Source: an uncultured Polyangiaceae bacterium
GTDB lineage: Bacteria; Acidobacteriota; Thermoanaerobaculia; Multivoradales; JAHEKO01
Direction of reading: 5' to 3'
NCBI GenBank assembly: GCA_964195975.1
Contig: CAXMQZ010000087.1
Location: forward strand, 747-64,746
DNA length: 64,000 nucleotides
Positions 1 to 9,698 of the stretch are shown here, one piece after another; position 1 is the first letter of the stretch; every line of letters starts with the position of its first letter. The position numbers and the translations under genes were made by a program. Below the pieces are notes generated by a model. It was not told the origin of the DNA. It did not search any database and worked only from the letters and a program-made list of their open reading frames with translations.

Positions 1-847
1 TCTCCACATCGGACGGGCGTAGTCGATCAGGATCGACCTCCAACTCGACTTCGGCTTGCGAGAGCGCCAGCAGTCTGTCCAACAGCTCACGGATCGTAAT
101 TGCCTTGCCGGAGGCGATGTTGTAGACCTCCCCAGGAGTACCCTTTTCTACTGCGATCCAGTAGGCCCTTACCGTGTCCCGTACGTCCGTAAAGTCGCGT
201 TGCGCGCTCAGATTGCCGACTCGAATTACCGGTTCCTGGAGACCAGCCTCGATCGAGGCTATTTGCTTTGCGAAGTTCGACGTCACGAACACCTCTCCCC
301 TCCTGGGTCCGGTATGGTTGAACCCCCGGGTTCGGATGGTCTTGAGCCCGTAGCTCTTGAAGTACTGATAGGCCAGAAGATCCTGACCCACTTTTGAAAC
401 CGCGTAGGGCGACAAAGGTCGAAGTGGGTTGTCTTCCGTGATCGGAACCTCATCGGGCAAGACGAGGCCGTACTCCTCGCTGGAGCCAGCGATCTGAATG
501 GTGCAATCGAGACCCAACGAACGGATCGCTTCGAAGATATGGGTCTGGGAATTGATGTTGGTGCTCAGTGTCTCCGCCGGTGCCTTCCAACTGGCCGGAA
601 CAAAGCTTTGCGCGGCCAAATGAAAGATCAGGTCCGGGCGAACCTCGGCCAACGTTGTCTGCACAGCACTTGCATCGTTCAAATCGCATTCGACAAGTTC
701 GACCCGGTCGCCAAGGTGCTCGATGTTCTCCGTTCGGCTGCGCCAACGGCGAGTACCAAAAACTTCCACATCGGGATGATCGGCCAACAGATAGTCGGCG
801 AGATGTGAACCAGCGAATCCGGTAATACCGGTGATGAGTGCACGCAT
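1..847 (-). CDS. NAD-dependent epimerase/dehydratase (GDP-6-deoxy-mannose reductase / GDP-mannose dehydratase-like), 3' end outside window
   Basis: Reverse-complement translation from ATG at 847 gives MRALITGITGFAGSHLADYLL..., a GxxGxxG Rossmann N-terminus. It continues with a YxxxK-type SDR body in frame to position 1. It is absent from the ORF track because it is truncated at the window edge. Confidence 0.7.
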   Translation of the reverse strand, partial: MRALITGITGFAGSHLADYLLADHPDVEVFGTRRWRSRTENIEHLGDRVELVECDLNDASAVQTTLAEVRPDLIFHLAAQSFVPASWKAPAETLSTNINSQTHIFEAIRSLGLDCTIQIAGSSEEYGLVLPDEVPITEDNPLRPLSPYAVSKVGQDLLAYQYFKSYGLKTIRTRGFNHTGPRRGEVFVTSNFAKQIASIEAGLQEPVIRVGNLSAQRDFTDVRDTVRAYWIAVEKGTPGEVYNIASGKAITIRELLDRLLALSQAEVELEVDPDRLRPSDVE

Positions 848-905
848 CGGAACTCTCCTGCTCTAGTCTGACCTCAATAGCTACGCCTACCGCCACCACC
901 TGGTA

Positions 906-3278
906 TCAGAAGCCCGGACTGAAACCATACTGCGACCCTCCGCTCAGATCCAGAAAGGTACCGATGTTCTTGAGTGTGATGGCAAACCGGAAGTCCCGCT
1001 CCTTCTCGGCGGCGAAGTTGCGTTGATACTCCCGCACCTCGAGTCTGATCCCAAAACACTGCGAAAAATAGGACATGACATAGCGTTGACTCTGAAGATA
1101 CGACCGCTCGAAGTCGTAGTTGATTTGAGCATCGACCCGAAACCGGTTCGGCCACACACCGATTCCGGTATAGAACCGAATCTGATTGCTATTGGTATCG
1201 CCGGTCACCTTGTCGAAGCGGGTGAACCAGGTCAGACCAACGCTGTGGTTGTTGCCGATTCCCAAACCGCCGGTGATCGATGTCGATGTCAGCTGGCTGA
1301 ACAGGGTGCTGTAGGTCGCCTTGGCTTCCAGGCTCGATCGTTGGGAGGGGTTGAAACGATATCGCCCCGCAAGAGGGCCGGTGGTCGATGACTTGAACTC
1401 TTCATCAACGCCCCCAGAATCCAGCGTTTTGTCGTCGTCGAGACTGAAAAACTGGGTGATCTCGAGCGACATGATCTCGCGGGCACCACCCCCACCCGCG
1501 GATTCCTCTGCGGGCTTTGCCAACAGACGGTTGACAAAGTTGTAAGAAAAAATGTTGAACCCCTGAACCAGATCGACTTGGTCAAACTGAAGAATATCCC
1601 CGGCATCGTCATAGTCGCTGACAAAGCCATAGTTCCAGCGCGGCTCGATAATGTGCTTGAATTTCGCGAAGGGCCCGATGTTGCCGTCGAAAACTCGCGA
1701 GAACGATGGGCCAATGATTGCGCCGCTCGCAGTCGTCACGGTCCGGGTCAAACTCTCACCGGTGGTCTGGCCAATTTCCCGATCGATGCTGTCACTCCAG
1801 TAGGTCACCCGGCCTCCGCCCGTAACCGTTGCGGACAACCATGGCAGTGTGCTCAACGAGGCTGTCAGATTGGGTCCGAAATCGAAGCGTCCCCAGTTCC
1901 GATCGAAGCTTCTGCTGTTTTCATCGTCAGGGGGCAATCCGTCGCTACGTTCAGAGGTAATGTAGTTGGCCGAGCTGAGCGCATCGACATACAGCGGCAA
2001 ACCCCAGAGCTGAGTAGCTCTCAGACGATACTCGGCCTCGGGCAGCTGGCGGTTGGTCTGGGTGTCATCGTCTCTAATAAACGTTTCGTTCTGCTCTACC
2101 AGCATGTTGAAGGACTGCTGACCCCAGCTTCCGGACAAGAAGCCGCTCGAGATCAGACGCCGGATCGAGACGTTGTTGAAATCGCGTTCGAAATCACGGA
2201 AAAAATCAAAATCTGAGAAATCCTGAAACCGAATCACACCGCGGAGACCGCCAGGAAGATCGTTGCTGGTGTGGGTGTAGAAAACCTTCCAGCGGAGGCT
2301 GTCACTGTCTGGATCGTCGATGATCTGCCCTTCGAAATTACCCGCTGTGTGCTCGCTCGGTCGATATCGAAACTCGTTTCCGACGGCAAGAAAGTTCTCG
2401 CTGTAGATGTCTACAAGAAAGGTCGTGTCGTAGCTGTCGCCGAGGGTCTGAAAGTAGGCCAGACCCAAAACCGCACCGCGTTGGTTCGAGTAACCGATAT
2501 TGGGAAACAGGAGCCCTGATTGCCGCTCGGTCTTGGCCGGGTAGGCAAAGTAGGGGAAATAGAAGATCGGTGCTTTCTTGATACGAAATCGCGAGTTCTT
2601 GAGCTTTGCATAACCCTCGAGCTGCACCTCACCCCGGCTCACGCGCATATTCCAATCGGGGTTCTTGTCGAGACAGGAGGTCACCATACCGTCAACCAGT
2701 CGATATCTGTCCTCGCCCAGTTTGGTGATTTCGGCGCCTTCAAAATAGATATCGGGGTCGACATAGGCTTTGGCGTTGGTTACCGTTCCCGTCTCGGTCT
2801 CGAGATCGAAGAACATCGTGTCACCGACCAGGCGTTTGGGCCCTTCATCGAAAATGACATCGCCTTCGGCAGTGATTTGCTCGGCCTTGAGGTCTACGGC
2901 CACCTTTTCGCCCTGAAACAGATACTGCCGGAATCGCAACTCCACGCCACCACTCAAGACCACATAGTCTTCCCGCACATACTCTAGATGGCCAGCGGTG
3001 CCCACTGCGGTGCCCCCACCCTTGTCCGCGGGAAAAGGCACCTGGAAGGTGATGCGATCTAACCGTGGCCCCGTCGGGACCTGCGCGGCCCCCTCCTCGA
3101 GCTCGGCGTCTTGGTTCTCGAGTACGTCTGATTCAGCGTCCTGCTCCTGAATCGGGTCATCTTTGAAGAGATCATCTTGCAGGCTGTAGTCCTGGGACCT
3201 GGCGGGCATCGAAAGGCACACCGCAATTGAGGCGACAAGCGTCGCTCGGATCCAGCCCGAAATCCGATTTTGGTTCAA
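906..3278 (-). CDS. lptD: LPS-assembly outer-membrane protein LptD (OstA family)
   Basis: The 790 aa product has a signal peptide, an OstA-like N-terminal domain (ITAEGDVIFDEG...) and a long C-terminal beta-barrel with aromatic-rich strands. Confidence 0.85.
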   Translation of the reverse strand: MNQNRISGWIRATLVASIAVCLSMPARSQDYSLQDDLFKDDPIQEQDAESDVLENQDAELEEGAAQVPTGPRLDRITFQVPFPADKGGGTAVGTAGHLEYVREDYVVLSGGVELRFRQYLFQGEKVAVDLKAEQITAEGDVIFDEGPKRLVGDTMFFDLETETGTVTNAKAYVDPDIYFEGAEITKLGEDRYRLVDGMVTSCLDKNPDWNMRVSRGEVQLEGYAKLKNSRFRIKKAPIFYFPYFAYPAKTERQSGLLFPNIGYSNQRGAVLGLAYFQTLGDSYDTTFLVDIYSENFLAVGNEFRYRPSEHTAGNFEGQIIDDPDSDSLRWKVFYTHTSNDLPGGLRGVIRFQDFSDFDFFRDFERDFNNVSIRRLISSGFLSGSWGQQSFNMLVEQNETFIRDDDTQTNRQLPEAEYRLRATQLWGLPLYVDALSSANYITSERSDGLPPDDENSRSFDRNWGRFDFGPNLTASLSTLPWLSATVTGGGRVTYWSDSIDREIGQTTGESLTRTVTTASGAIIGPSFSRVFDGNIGPFAKFKHIIEPRWNYGFVSDYDDAGDILQFDQVDLVQGFNIFSYNFVNRLLAKPAEESAGGGGAREIMSLEITQFFSLDDDKTLDSGGVDEEFKSSTTGPLAGRYRFNPSQRSSLEAKATYSTLFSQLTSTSITGGLGIGNNHSVGLTWFTRFDKVTGDTNSNQIRFYTGIGVWPNRFRVDAQINYDFERSYLQSQRYVMSYFSQCFGIRLEVREYQRNFAAEKERDFRFAITLKNIGTFLDLSGGSQYGFSPGF

Positions 3279-4462
3279 CTCGCGATCTCCCGATCGATGA
3301 TCACAGCCGTGGCCTCACCTCCGCCGATACAAATAGCGGCACAGCCTCGCCTGAGTCCACGTTGTTCGAGCGCATGTAGCAAAGTCACGATGATCCGAGC
3401 GCCGGATGCACCAATTGGATGACCCAAAGCAACCGCTCCACCGTTGACATTGACCTTGTCGGTGGAGATACCGATCTCCTGGACGAACGCCATCGCCACG
3501 ACCGCAAACGCCTCGTTGACTTCCCAAAGGTCGATGTCATCGCGTTGAAGACCGGCTCGATCGAGCACGAGATCGACGATGTTGGTGGGCGCGGTCGTAA
3601 ACCACTCCGGTTCCTGGGCAATCGATGCTTGCGCCACCAGCCTCGCCATCGGTCGCAGACCAGACTGTCGAGCGTAGGCGGAGGTCGTCAAAGCGAGGGC
3701 AGCAGCGCCATCGTTGATTTTGCTCGCATTGGCCGCCGTGACCGTACCATCCTTTTGAAAAGCCGGTCTAAGGCCCGACATTCGGCTCAGGTCGACGCGA
3801 AACGGCTCTTCGTCGCGATCAACCGTAATCGGGTCACCCTTGCGCTGAGGCACTTCCACCGGAACGATCTCCGCATCGAATCGTCCACTTTCCGTCGCCT
3901 CTGTTGCGCGACGATAGCTCTCTGCAGCAAAAGCGTCCTGAGCCTGCCGCGAAAACTCATACTTTGCAGCACACATCTCAGCGCAGCTGCCCATATGGGT
4001 GTCGTTGTAGGGATCCCACAAACCGTCGTGAACCATGGAGTCGATGAGCTTCCCGTTGCCCAGTCTCAAACCATCGCGCGCCCCTACCGCTAAGTAAGGG
4101 GCGTTGGACATACTCTCCATTCCACCAGCTGCTACAAGGTTGAAATCGCCGCATCGGAGATCGTTGGCTGCTGTCATCACCGCTCTCATCGATGAGCCAC
4201 AAACCTTGCCAACGGTCACCGCACCCGTGGATACCGGGCATCCAGCGCCCAGTGCCACCTGCCGAGCAGGCGCTTGACCGACACCAGCGGTCAAAACGCA
4301 CCCCATGTACACCTGATCAATTTGATCAGCCGTGACACCGGCTTTATCGATCGATCCCGCCAACGCGATTGCGCCCAACTCGGGCGCAGCCAGCGTCCTC
4401 AGAGATCCCTGAAAGCTGCCTACTGGCGTGCGTACAGCACTCAGGATGACGATGTCTTGCAT
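3275..4462 (-). CDS. acetyl-CoA C-acetyltransferase (thiolase II)
   Basis: The 395 aa product starts MQDIVILSAVRTPVGSFQGSL and carries thiolase signature regions including the C-terminal GGGEATAVII. It overlaps lptD by 4 bp. Confidence 0.85.
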   Translation of the reverse strand: MQDIVILSAVRTPVGSFQGSLRTLAAPELGAIALAGSIDKAGVTADQIDQVYMGCVLTAGVGQAPARQVALGAGCPVSTGAVTVGKVCGSSMRAVMTAANDLRCGDFNLVAAGGMESMSNAPYLAVGARDGLRLGNGKLIDSMVHDGLWDPYNDTHMGSCAEMCAAKYEFSRQAQDAFAAESYRRATEATESGRFDAEIVPVEVPQRKGDPITVDRDEEPFRVDLSRMSGLRPAFQKDGTVTAANASKINDGAAALALTTSAYARQSGLRPMARLVAQASIAQEPEWFTTAPTNIVDLVLDRAGLQRDDIDLWEVNEAFAVVAMAFVQEIGISTDKVNVNGGAVALGHPIGASGARIIVTLLHALEQRGLRRGCAAICIGGGEATAVIIDREIAS

Positions 4463-4702
4463 GGCCTCCTCTCGCTAACCTCGAGGGTCTTTCGTCGCTC
4501 TATGGCACCACTGCCAACCTGCTGAAGACGAGGTGTCCGAGAAGGTCTCTTGTACCCGTCCGAAGCGGCATCATCGTAGCACAGCTATCCGCGTCAAATT
4601 ACCGACAAATGCTGATTAATCGAGGCCCCATCGTCCCCGTTCTTAACCTTCCGATGGTATCGTCGGTCGGCCCACACTCATGCTTGGTGGATACCTCTTC
4701 AG

Positions 4703-5131
4703 ATGAGAATACTGGCCATCGATTTTGGCGAAAAACGGATCGGCCTGGCTCTATCGGACCCCGACGCCAATCTGGCTCTTCCACTTACCACTCTAAATCG
4801 ACGCAGCGACAAAGAGGCCATAGCGGCGATTGCCCAGATAGTTCAAGATCAACAAGTGGGTCTGCTTGTGGTCGGCGAGCCGTTGAATATGGATGGGAGT
4901 CGAGGTGACTCGGCACGGCGCACCGCCAGCTTTGCCCGAAAGCTGCAATCCGCAACCGGTCTGCGATGCGTGATGGTCGACGAGACTCTGACTTCCATAG
5001 CCGCCAGGGATCGACTGATCGAGGCCGGGGTTGATTTACGTCGCCACCCAGAACGGGTAGATGCCGTGGCTGCGCAGCTGTTGTTGGAAGAGTTCCTCGC
5101 CAACTCTGACCCGAGCAGTCAGAATGACTAA
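4703..5131 (+). CDS. ruvX: Holliday-junction resolvase-like YqgF/RuvX
   Basis: The 142 aa product starts MRILAIDFGEKRIGLALSD and has the LLVVGEPLNMDGS motif of the RNase H-fold YqgF family. Confidence 0.85.
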   Translation: MRILAIDFGEKRIGLALSDPDANLALPLTTLNRRSDKEAIAAIAQIVQDQQVGLLVVGEPLNMDGSRGDSARRTASFARKLQSATGLRCVMVDETLTSIAARDRLIEAGVDLRRHPERVDAVAAQLLLEEFLANSDPSSQND

Positions 5132-6191
5132 GAACCTCAAGAAGGTACTGCTTTTCCTGGCCGTCGCTGTTTTGGCGATCTTGGCAACAATCGCTACGAT
5201 CGGATATCACTCCTGGAACCTGATCCACAGCCCATTCAAAGGGTACGCGACCGACCACGTTCAGCTGGAGATCAGGCGTGGTACCGACGCGCGAACGATC
5301 TTGGACCGGCTCGACGATGAGGGTGTGGTGGCCAACTCCGATCTGGCCAGGTATTTCCTCGTTTACCAACTCGGAGACCCTCCACTCCAGGCCGGTGAAT
5401 ATCGTTTCGAAGGCCCTCTCACGACGCCAGAAGTGCTGGATCAGTTGATCCAGGGTAGGGTCGTAACGTATCCCGTCACGATCGTAGAGGGTCTGACCCT
5501 TACCGAGACCGCTTCCGAGCTCTCGGTAGCCGGGTTTGGTAGCCGGGAGATCTTTGAATCGGAGATGAAATCGCCCCGGCTCGTTGCCGATCTAGACCCA
5601 GAAGCCACCAATCTTGAAGGGTATCTCTTCCCTGACACCTACAGCTTCACAAAAGGTACGCCGGAAGCCGAGATCGTCAAAACCATGGTCGAGAATTTTC
5701 GGCACCGGTTCGAAGTCGCGGTCTCTCCTCTGAGAGATGCTATGGATGAACGGAGCGTCCGCGATGTGGTCATCCTTGCCTCGATCGTCGAGAAGGAAGC
5801 GCGACTGGATGATGAACGAAGCCTGATAGCCGGTGTCTATTTCAATCGACTGAATCGCGGGATCGCACTCTATGCCGACCCGACAATCATCTACGCGTTG
5901 AAGCTACTCGGTCGCTGGGATGGAAATCTCCGCCGAGATGATCTCAAGCTCGATTCTCCCTACAACACGTACGTTCACCCGGGCTTGACCCCAGGACCGA
6001 TTGCATCTCCGGGCCTCGCCAGCTTGCAAGCGGCTGCTCAGCCGGCTCGGGTGCCCTATCTCTACTTTGTCAGCCGAAACGACGGTTCACACGTGTTTGC
6101 GAAGACTCTCGCTGAGCACAACCGCAACGTCTATCAATGGCAGAAACTCTATTGGAGACAACGGTGGGCAAAGGAGAAGGAGGGGGGCTAG
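5124..6191 (+). CDS. mltG: endolytic murein transglycosylase MltG (YceG-like)
   Basis: Starts at the internal Met MTKNLKK, with an N-terminal TM segment followed by a YceG domain (..LASIVEKEA.., ..YNTY..PGLTPGPI..). It overlaps ruvX by 8 bp. Confidence 0.85.
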   Translation: MTKNLKKVLLFLAVAVLAILATIATIGYHSWNLIHSPFKGYATDHVQLEIRRGTDARTILDRLDDEGVVANSDLARYFLVYQLGDPPLQAGEYRFEGPLTTPEVLDQLIQGRVVTYPVTIVEGLTLTETASELSVAGFGSREIFESEMKSPRLVADLDPEATNLEGYLFPDTYSFTKGTPEAEIVKTMVENFRHRFEVAVSPLRDAMDERSVRDVVILASIVEKEARLDDERSLIAGVYFNRLNRGIALYADPTIIYALKLLGRWDGNLRRDDLKLDSPYNTYVHPGLTPGPIASPGLASLQAAAQPARVPYLYFVSRNDGSHVFAKTLAEHNRNVYQWQKLYWRQRWAKEKEGG

Positions 6192-6232
6192 GTTCCCTGT
6201 CCGGGTAGCCGGCACAGTTGCGTTACGGGCTC

Positions 6233-7156
6233 CTACGGTAGGTTGACTCGCATACCGCGCTCGACTCCAGCAGCATCACCTGAGGTGATCGAGCAAAGGG
6301 CGACCTTCTCCTTGACCTCCTCAGCACGAACCCGGGCCACTTCAGTCATGCTTTCGTCGAGAAGCTCACCGGTCTCGGGATCTCGGACTGTCTCGACGCT
6401 GCCGACGACGAAGTCTTGACCGACAACAACACCTTCACGCCTACCCCGATTGACATAGATTTTCCCGTCCTTTACCAGTGCGACGGATCCGGCCCACGGA
6501 ATCCCCGGTAATTGATCCACGATCCAACCGACGGATTCGTCCACAGCAGCTTCTACGGCTTTTCCACGATTATCGCTCTTGAAGAGGTCGATATCGCCGC
6601 CAAAGTCGACTCCCGAGTATCCGAATGTGCCCGATTTCCGATCCGACTTTCCAACGACGTTGGTGGTGGCAACGACTTGACCCGTAGTCGAATCCACGAC
6701 GTAAACGGTCACGTTCACAACCGCGGTATCCTTCTTGCCGCCGATTCTGAATCCCTTCACTCGCACTCTTCCGCCGCCACCCGTTGTGCTGTGCTGTGTG
6801 TGAGTGATTACGCCTTTGACCAGTAGTTGGGCTGGCGTCATCTGACCACTCACCGGTGTCCTGCTCCCCTGGACGGTCGAGCCCGACGTCGCGAGATCTT
6901 GCTCCGCCATGGCCTCCGCCCTCATATCGGGCTCTCCGAGAACTACGAACCGACCACTTTGATTGAGCATGTCGGTCATGACCGCGCCCCAGGCGTCACC
7001 CAGGTTCCACGGACCCCAGTACCATTGATGACCGGATCGATTCTCGAATTTCGACACTGTGATGGTGTAGCGCAGCTCTTCTAATTCAGCCGCAAGCGCA
7101 CTCGGCAACGCCATGACGATCGCGGCAATTGTGGTTGTGATCAAGAGCTTTCTCAT
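6233..7156 (-). CDS. CsgG/HfaB-family secreted protein
   Basis: It has a signal peptide and the CsgG-like pattern TVSKFENRSG...SGRFVVLGEPDMRAEAMAEQDLATSG...AQLLVKGVITH. There is no lipobox cysteine. Confidence 0.5.
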   Translation of the reverse strand: MRKLLITTTIAAIVMALPSALAAELEELRYTITVSKFENRSGHQWYWGPWNLGDAWGAVMTDMLNQSGRFVVLGEPDMRAEAMAEQDLATSGSTVQGSRTPVSGQMTPAQLLVKGVITHTQHSTTGGGGRVRVKGFRIGGKKDTAVVNVTVYVVDSTTGQVVATTNVVGKSDRKSGTFGYSGVDFGGDIDLFKSDNRGKAVEAAVDESVGWIVDQLPGIPWAGSVALVKDGKIYVNRGRREGVVVGQDFVVGSVETVRDPETGELLDESMTEVARVRAEEVKEKVALCSITSGDAAGVERGMRVNLP

Positions 7157-7299
7157 TGCTGCCCCTACTTCATGACCGCTTGCTTACGAACCCGGATCGG
7201 ATGCGCACCGGGTCCGCTGGCCAGCGGGTCTATACCCGATCATGCACGCAGCAATCGTGCCAAGGGTCCCAACCAGCGTGATCGAGTAGGCTAGGTCTC

Positions 7300-7998
7300 G
7301 TGATAATCGTGAATGAAGGTCAAAATCTTCGAGTAATCACTCAGCCTGATCATGCCCGCTTCTCGGGCGAGCTGCTCGAGCTTTGGCTTCTAGATGCACT
7401 GCCAGACCACTCGAGACGTTCGGATCTTCTCTTTGCCGTGCGCGAACACGACAACGGCTGGAGGGAGGCGGATGCGTCGCCCCTAGTCGATCCGATTACC
7501 GCAACCCCCCACGACTTTCTCAGCTTTCCGGAGATGGAGAGACTCGAGGTCTGGAAGCGAGGTGTCGATCGATACGCCGACACCAGACCCTATTCAGCAT
7601 TGTTGATTCTGGAGCATGCCCGAGTGCTACACACCGCCTCGGACGATCTTTGGAGAGCCTTCCTGGACGAGCTCGAAGCCAAGCGTTCGGAGCTAGTCGA
7701 CAAGCTGGGACTCGATGAGGATCAATTGAAGGCCGACTACACCTACTTGCGTCTGACAGACAAGCTGTCATTGACTGTCTGCAATAAATGGCTGGACAGA
7801 TTGCGCTATGCGGGTGTCGAGAGCCAGGCCAGCGAAGACTCGATCACCCTGGATCCATTTCCTTTGGCCGGTGCGACGACTTTCCGAATTCCCTGTCGGT
7901 ATATTCCCAATCGGCCCTATGCCAGCGACTCCGACTTGGGTGGAGAATTGGCCACAGCTCGGTGGAACGAGCTCGAAATTCGGGTAAGACCGTCCTAG
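7300..7998 (+). CDS. hypothetical protein (possibly DUF3891-like)
   Basis: Intact 232 aa ORF. Its TAG stop codon (7996-7998) lies in the CCTAG target-site repeat of the adjacent IS element. Confidence 0.45.
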   Translation: MIIVNEGQNLRVITQPDHARFSGELLELWLLDALPDHSRRSDLLFAVREHDNGWREADASPLVDPITATPHDFLSFPEMERLEVWKRGVDRYADTRPYSALLILEHARVLHTASDDLWRAFLDELEAKRSELVDKLGLDEDQLKADYTYLRLTDKLSLTVCNKWLDRLRYAGVESQASEDSITLDPFPLAGATTFRIPCRYIPNRPYASDSDLGGELATARWNELEIRVRPS

Positions 7999-8942
7999 TT
8001 GTGGATTCCCATGAGGTTGTTCAGTAGCGGGAGTCTACTGATGGGTGGTTTGTTTCCAAGACTCATGTGTTGTCGGTGAAAGTTGTAGAAGTGGAGATAG
8101 AGCGGGAGCCGTTGAGTTCGCTGTTTGGAATGGCTGTAGATCCATCGGTAGGCCCATTCTCTCAGGAGCGTCTGGATAAAGCGTTCAGCTTTGCCGTTGG
8201 TCTGCGGTCGGTAGGGTCGAGTTCGCTTGGCTCGCAGGCCCAGCTGGCGACAGGTGGCCACGAAGCGCTTGGCGATGTAGCAGCCGCCGTTGTCGGTGAG
8301 AATGGCGCGGGCCTGGATTCCTTTGCCGGCAAACCAGGCCACTGCCCGCTTGAGGAAGGCAATAGCCGAGTCCTGGCGCTCATCGGGGAGGATCTCAACA
8401 TAGGCGAGCCGAGAGTGATCATCGATGCAGACGTGGACAAACTCCCAGCCGCCGCCTCGAGCCCGTTGGCGGTAGTCGCCGGTGACGCGATGTCCAATGG
8501 TGCCGATGCGGCCCAGCTTCTTGATGTCCAGGTGCAGGAGCTCACCGGGAAACTGCTTTTCGTAGCGCCTCACAGGCTCGTGCGGCTCGAGGGAGCGAAG
8601 ACGACCAAGGCCACAGCGCTGAAGGATGCGAGCCACCGTCGAGCGAGGCAAGCCCAGGCGGGCTGCAATCTCACTTCCCGTCAGACGTCGGCGGCGCAGA
8701 GCGACGATCTGAGCCACTTTCCCCGCAGGGGTCTGGGTCGGCATCCGGTGAGGTCGCGACGAGCGCTCCACGAGCCCAGACGGGCCCTCGGCCCGGTACC
8801 GGGCCAGCCACCGGTAGGCCGATCGCTGGCTGAGGCCCAGGGCCTCAGCCGCCTGCTTCACCGTCCACCCCTCCTCGCACACCCGCCGTACAAGCAGGGC
8901 TCGACTTGCGACGCAGCTTCGGGCATTCTTGTGGATGTCCAT
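7995..8942 (-). CDS. IS481-family DDE transposase
   Basis: The 315 aa product starts MDIHKNARSCVASRALLVRRV with an HTH, followed by an rve integrase core (...HLDIKKLGRI...TDNGGCY...RPYRPQTNGKAERF). Its stop codon is the flanking CTAG. Confidence 0.9.
   Translation of the reverse strand: MDIHKNARSCVASRALLVRRVCEEGWTVKQAAEALGLSQRSAYRWLARYRAEGPSGLVERSSRPHRMPTQTPAGKVAQIVALRRRRLTGSEIAARLGLPRSTVARILQRCGLGRLRSLEPHEPVRRYEKQFPGELLHLDIKKLGRIGTIGHRVTGDYRQRARGGGWEFVHVCIDDHSRLAYVEILPDERQDSAIAFLKRAVAWFAGKGIQARAILTDNGGCYIAKRFVATCRQLGLRAKRTRPYRPQTNGKAERFIQTLLREWAYRWIYSHSKQRTQRLPLYLHFYNFHRQHMSLGNKPPISRLPLLNNLMGIHN
8000..8041. repeat. IS481-family left terminal inverted repeat
   Basis: TTGTGGATTCCCATGAGGTTGTTCAGTAGCGGGAG pairs with the reverse complement of the right end at about 29 of 40 positions. 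Confidence 0.6.
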
Positions 8943-9003
8943 CCGGGTCTCCTTTCGGGTACTGATCGGTTAGGTCCCAATCAGCTTCTCCGAAAAAGCT
9001 CGG

Positions 9004-9045
9004 ATGGACAACTCCTTTCACTGAACAACGTGCTGAGACTCCACA
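9004..9045. repeat. IS481-family right terminal inverted repeat
   Basis: The reverse complement reads GTGTGGAGTCTCAGCACGTTGTTCAGTGAAAGGAG. Confidence 0.6.
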
Positions 9046-9105
9046 CCTAGGAGCCCTTCCGAGTAACTCGCGCAGCTATGCGGATTACTCGGAAGGGCTC
9101 CTAGG
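9046..9105. repeat. perfect 21-bp inverted repeat (hairpin) with an 18-nt loop
   Basis: CCTAGGAGCCCTTCCGAGTAA ... TTACTCGGAAGGGCTCCTAGG. Its first 5 nt are the right direct repeat of the IS. Confidence 0.8.
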
Positions 9106-9131
9106 CTAGCGAGCGTGATAACATCTCTGGC

Positions 9132-9698
9132 ATGCCGGAACCTGATTCCGACGTGGGTCTTCTGACGCCTGAACCGCTTGTAGAACCGACCCGAATCCGC
9201 ATCCCCTCCGCGCTCGGCACCCTGGGCGTCGAGCTCACGGGCGACGTGGTGACCCATGTCGTCATCGTCCCAAGAGGAAAAGCACGAAGTCAGTTTCGGG
9301 ATTTCTCAGATCTCAAGAGATCCGAGAGGTCCGATTTCCTGGACGAGGTTCTTGGTAGGTTTTCGGAGTTTTTGGCAGGCGCTAGACGAAGTCTGGGTCT
9401 CGAATACGATCTCAGTGCCACCGGAGTGACCGGTTTTACTCGCCGTGTGTTGAAACAAACCGCCAAGATCCCGTATGGCAAGACCCGAAGCTATCAACAG
9501 ATAGCAGAGGCGGCGGGAAGACCCACTGGCTATCGCCAAGTTCAATCAACCCTGATGGCGAATCCTCTTCCTTTGATTGTTCCCTGTCACCGGGTGGTTC
9601 CTGGAAAAACTGGAATTGGCAGCTTCATAGGCGGCGCCAAGAAAAAGAAATGGCTTCTCAGGCTCGAAGAGCGCACCCTAGCTATCGACGACCTGTAA
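9132..9698 (+). CDS. ogt: methylated-DNA-protein-cysteine methyltransferase (O6-alkylguanine alkyltransferase)
   Basis: Contains the IPYGKTRSYQQIAEAAG region and the PCHRVV active-site motif. Confidence 0.85.
   Translation: MPEPDSDVGLLTPEPLVEPTRIRIPSALGTLGVELTGDVVTHVVIVPRGKARSQFRDFSDLKRSERSDFLDEVLGRFSEFLAGARRSLGLEYDLSATGVTGFTRRVLKQTAKIPYGKTRSYQQIAEAAGRPTGYRQVQSTLMANPLPLIVPCHRVVPGKTGIGSFIGGAKKKKWLLRLEERTLAIDDL

Larger units (their letters stand above)
8000..9045 (-). mobile_element. IS481-family insertion sequence, about 1046 bp
   Basis: It encodes one IS481-type transposase. Imperfect terminal inverted repeats begin TGTGG at both ends. CCTAG direct repeats flank it at 7994-7998 and 9046-9050, consistent with the NCTAGN target preference of IS481. 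Confidence 0.8.

Noticed and set aside
56-397. 113 aa plus-strand ORF at the window start
   Set aside because: It lies antisense within a well-supported minus-strand SDR epimerase gene (1-847). It is a typical spurious ORF of high-GC DNA.
1578-2216. 212 aa plus-strand ORF inside lptD
   Set aside because: It is antisense to the LptD beta-barrel coding region and has no recognisable motifs.
8067-9050. 327 aa plus-strand ORF spanning the IS element
   Set aside because: It is antisense to the IS481 transposase, which has unmistakable HTH and DDE-integrase motifs.
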